From Vicugna vicugna (taxonomy: Eukaryota): a DNA stretch of 64,000 nucleotides. This document shows, piece after piece, positions 62,001-64,000 of the stretch. The stretch covers positions 1,364,001 through 1,428,000 of the forward strand of contig MU057701.1 of the NCBI GenBank assembly GCA_013265495.1. Reading direction: 5' to 3'. Positions within the stretch are counted from its first letter, which is position 1. Each line of letters starts with the position of its first letter. The translations under genes and the position numbers were made by a program. The notes below the pieces were generated by a model. The model was not told where the DNA came from. It made no database searches and saw only the letters and a program-made list of their open reading frames with translations.

Positions 62001-62599
62001 AGGTGAGGTAGGAATGGCCGGGCATGACAGCAGTGCTCTTGTGCAGGGTAAACGCCTACTGCTGCTGCACTAATTGGGGTCCCAGCAGGAAGCAGATGGC
62101 GCAGTCAGATGGAGCGGGCTGAGGGGGGAGTTTCACAAAGGCGGAGTTTTATAAAGGGTGGGCCGATGTAGGGACATTGAGAGGCACAGCGCGGCAATCC
62201 GGGGCTGGCAGCAGTGGGGAGCCGTTACCACTCCCTGAAGGGGCGAAAGTCGGGGGCAGTTACCCAGACTCGGGCAGGGAGGCTGTGGGGAGAGGGCTGC
62301 TGGTCTGCCAGGAGCTGTGGCTTCACTAGCGGGAGGGGACGGATGCCCCACAGTTCTCTTCTCCATGGACCTCCCGCCGCCCCACGGGCCTCTCAGGGTG
62401 CAGTGAGGAACTGGAATCCAGGAGGGCAAAGGGAAGACACACAGCGTGGGGTCATGGGGTGTCATCTTTTTTTCCAAAGATTTGAGTACATGTTGTGAGT
62501 TGGCCTACAAGAAATGTTGTGATTTCTTAACTCCCCACTAGTAGTCTGAGACTTTAGCCAACTCTGGGCGTTATTAGCCTGTGACCCTCAGGACTGGTT

Positions 62600-62865
62600 C
62601 CTTCTCCAAGTCTCTGGCCACTTTTCAGAGAAGCCTTCGCTGACCTTCGTATCTAAAATACCCCAGGTTCCCTCTGTCCCATTATCCACCTTATTTTCTC
62701 TGTGGCTGTAATCACTCTTGAAGTTAGATTATTTGTCTACTTGTTTATCTGTTTCTACCTCTTCAATGCAAACTCCACGAGAGGTTGACCTTGCCCGACT
62801 CGTCCACGGCTCTCTCTGTAGTGCAATGCCTACTATGCGGTATGTGCACAATAAATGTGGGTTAA
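62600..62865 (+). mobile_element. L2 3' fragment
   Basis: cacttttcagagaagccttcgctgacc...atgcaaactccacgagag...cacaataaatgtg. Confidence 0.65.
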
Positions 62866-62975
62866 AGCAATGTGTCCCCCAACCCTTCACCATCGTTCCC
62901 TCTGGGAGTATGTTGAGTTCTAATACATACCAGGTTCCTGACGTGCCTCACTGGTTGTTTGTGTCTCTTCTCTAG

Positions 62976-63075
62976 CTCCCCTACTTCATGAACGAGCTAA
63001 CTCTGACGGAACTCGACATGGGGGTAGCTGTGCCAAAAATCCTTCAGGCCTTCAAGCCTTACGTTGATCACCAAG
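62976..63075 (+). CDS. TEX2: TEX2 coding exon (100 nt), SMP domain; not in the ORF track
   Basis: Acceptor tctcttctctAG|CTCCCC; LPYFMNELTLTELDMGVAVPKILQAFKPYVDHQ(G); donor AAG|GTAACT. Confidence 0.94.
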
Positions 63076-64000
63076 GTAACTCTTCATTGACTCTAACGAG
63101 GAACTGAGCTATCTACTTATACTTGTGTGAAAATGTTTCCATCACTGCAGATTGAATACCAAGGCTTTGTTTTTGGGGGCAGTTGGAGGTTTTTTAACCA
63201 TCTATCTTGTGTTTCGTGTCTTCTGTTATTCACAGTCACAGCCTGACGCTGATGGGGAGTAGATCAGGACTTACCCTCCTCATCCTTCTTGTCTTCTGGA
63301 TCCTTACAGGTTAGAGATGCCCACATGCCAGTTATGGGGCCTGAGCTTTTGTGTGGCCCGGTCCTGGACGGCCACAGCTCTTGCCCGGGTGGGAGACAGT
63401 GGGCTGCATTTCAGGCTGCTCACCCCGCGCAGCCTCACGTGCACACCTGCCCCGCCCTGGGCTCTTACCCCAGGAGCTGCCTCTCCTCAGATGTACTGAT
63501 ATCTCTACCTCGCCCTAACTTCTAGGGTGCACATTCTTTGAGCTTCGAGTTTTACATCTTTCTGTTCCTTGCCACTCCTAGTAGGTGCTCAGTAGGGGTT
63601 TAAAAAATGAAGACTTATATTGTCAGACAGTATTTTGAGAGTAAGGCTCTGTGCTCGAGGGAAGTCCTCAAAACTGGCTTTTAAGACATACCGACACATT
63701 ATTTATGCCTACTTGTGTATGTGTGTGTGTGAAAAGTTGATTAGAATGTGTGAAGAGTTTAAATAAAATTGAGATATAAAGATTTATGTGCATTTTGAGG
63801 CATCTTAGTGGAAAAATGAGTACCCAGGAGTTTGGTGAAAAGAAGACTGAAGTAGGCAAGAAGAGTCACGAACAGGAAGGGAAAAATCTCCCCGTCATGG
63901 AAGCATCCAACTTCTTTCTGTAATATCCCTTTCCAAATGAGCCTCTGTCCACTTAAACTGGATTTAGTTACATTATTCCTCAACGGCTCAGGAACAAAGT

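Larger units (their letters stand above)
29395..63075 (+). other. TEX2: TEX2 gene, partial (six exons, probably exons 2-7; first exon and 3' exons outside window)
   Basis: Six exons with GT-AG boundaries splice in frame (intron phases 0,0,1,0,0,1). The translation MTSLNGRHAEKTIDMPKPSAP...WVNALLGR...LPYFMNELTLTELDMG is recognisable as TEX2. Confidence 0.96.

Noticed and set aside
1..64000. Prokaryote-type systems (operons, CRISPR arrays, defence islands) or a new multi-gene system
   Set aside because: The sequence is a spliced mammalian gene with interspersed repeats; I saw no regularly spaced repeat-spacer array or gene-dense segment

Overview
Mammalian genomic DNA, not microbial. It is probably camelid, based on a Vic-1-like tRNA-derived SINE and young L1 3' ends. 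The window lies inside the TEX2 gene (ER membrane, SMP-domain lipid-transfer protein) on the + strand. It holds about 29 kb of upstream intron, then six coding exons (29395/29420-31063, 44524-44724, 45698-46037, 47548-47795, 58207-58353, 62976-63075). These splice in frame through GT-AG introns to give 2680 coding nt: disordered N-terminus, TM hairpin, PH-like domain and the start of the SMP domain. The first exon and the 3' exons lie outside the window. The introns are filled with L1, L2, MIR, MLT1 LTR, Tigger/MER DNA transposon relics and microsatellites, so almost all other ORFs in the track are spurious or L1 debris. I found no new multi-gene system. The best leads are a sharply GC/CpG-rich divergent patch inside exon 2, candidate short linear motifs in TEX2 (acidic LIR-like FCEL, tandem HxRxxS, duplicated LVKSLST), competing out-of-frame splice acceptors, and several structurally informative retrotransposition events with clear target-site duplications. 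Repeat family names and comparisons with human TEX2 come from recall, not from a search.
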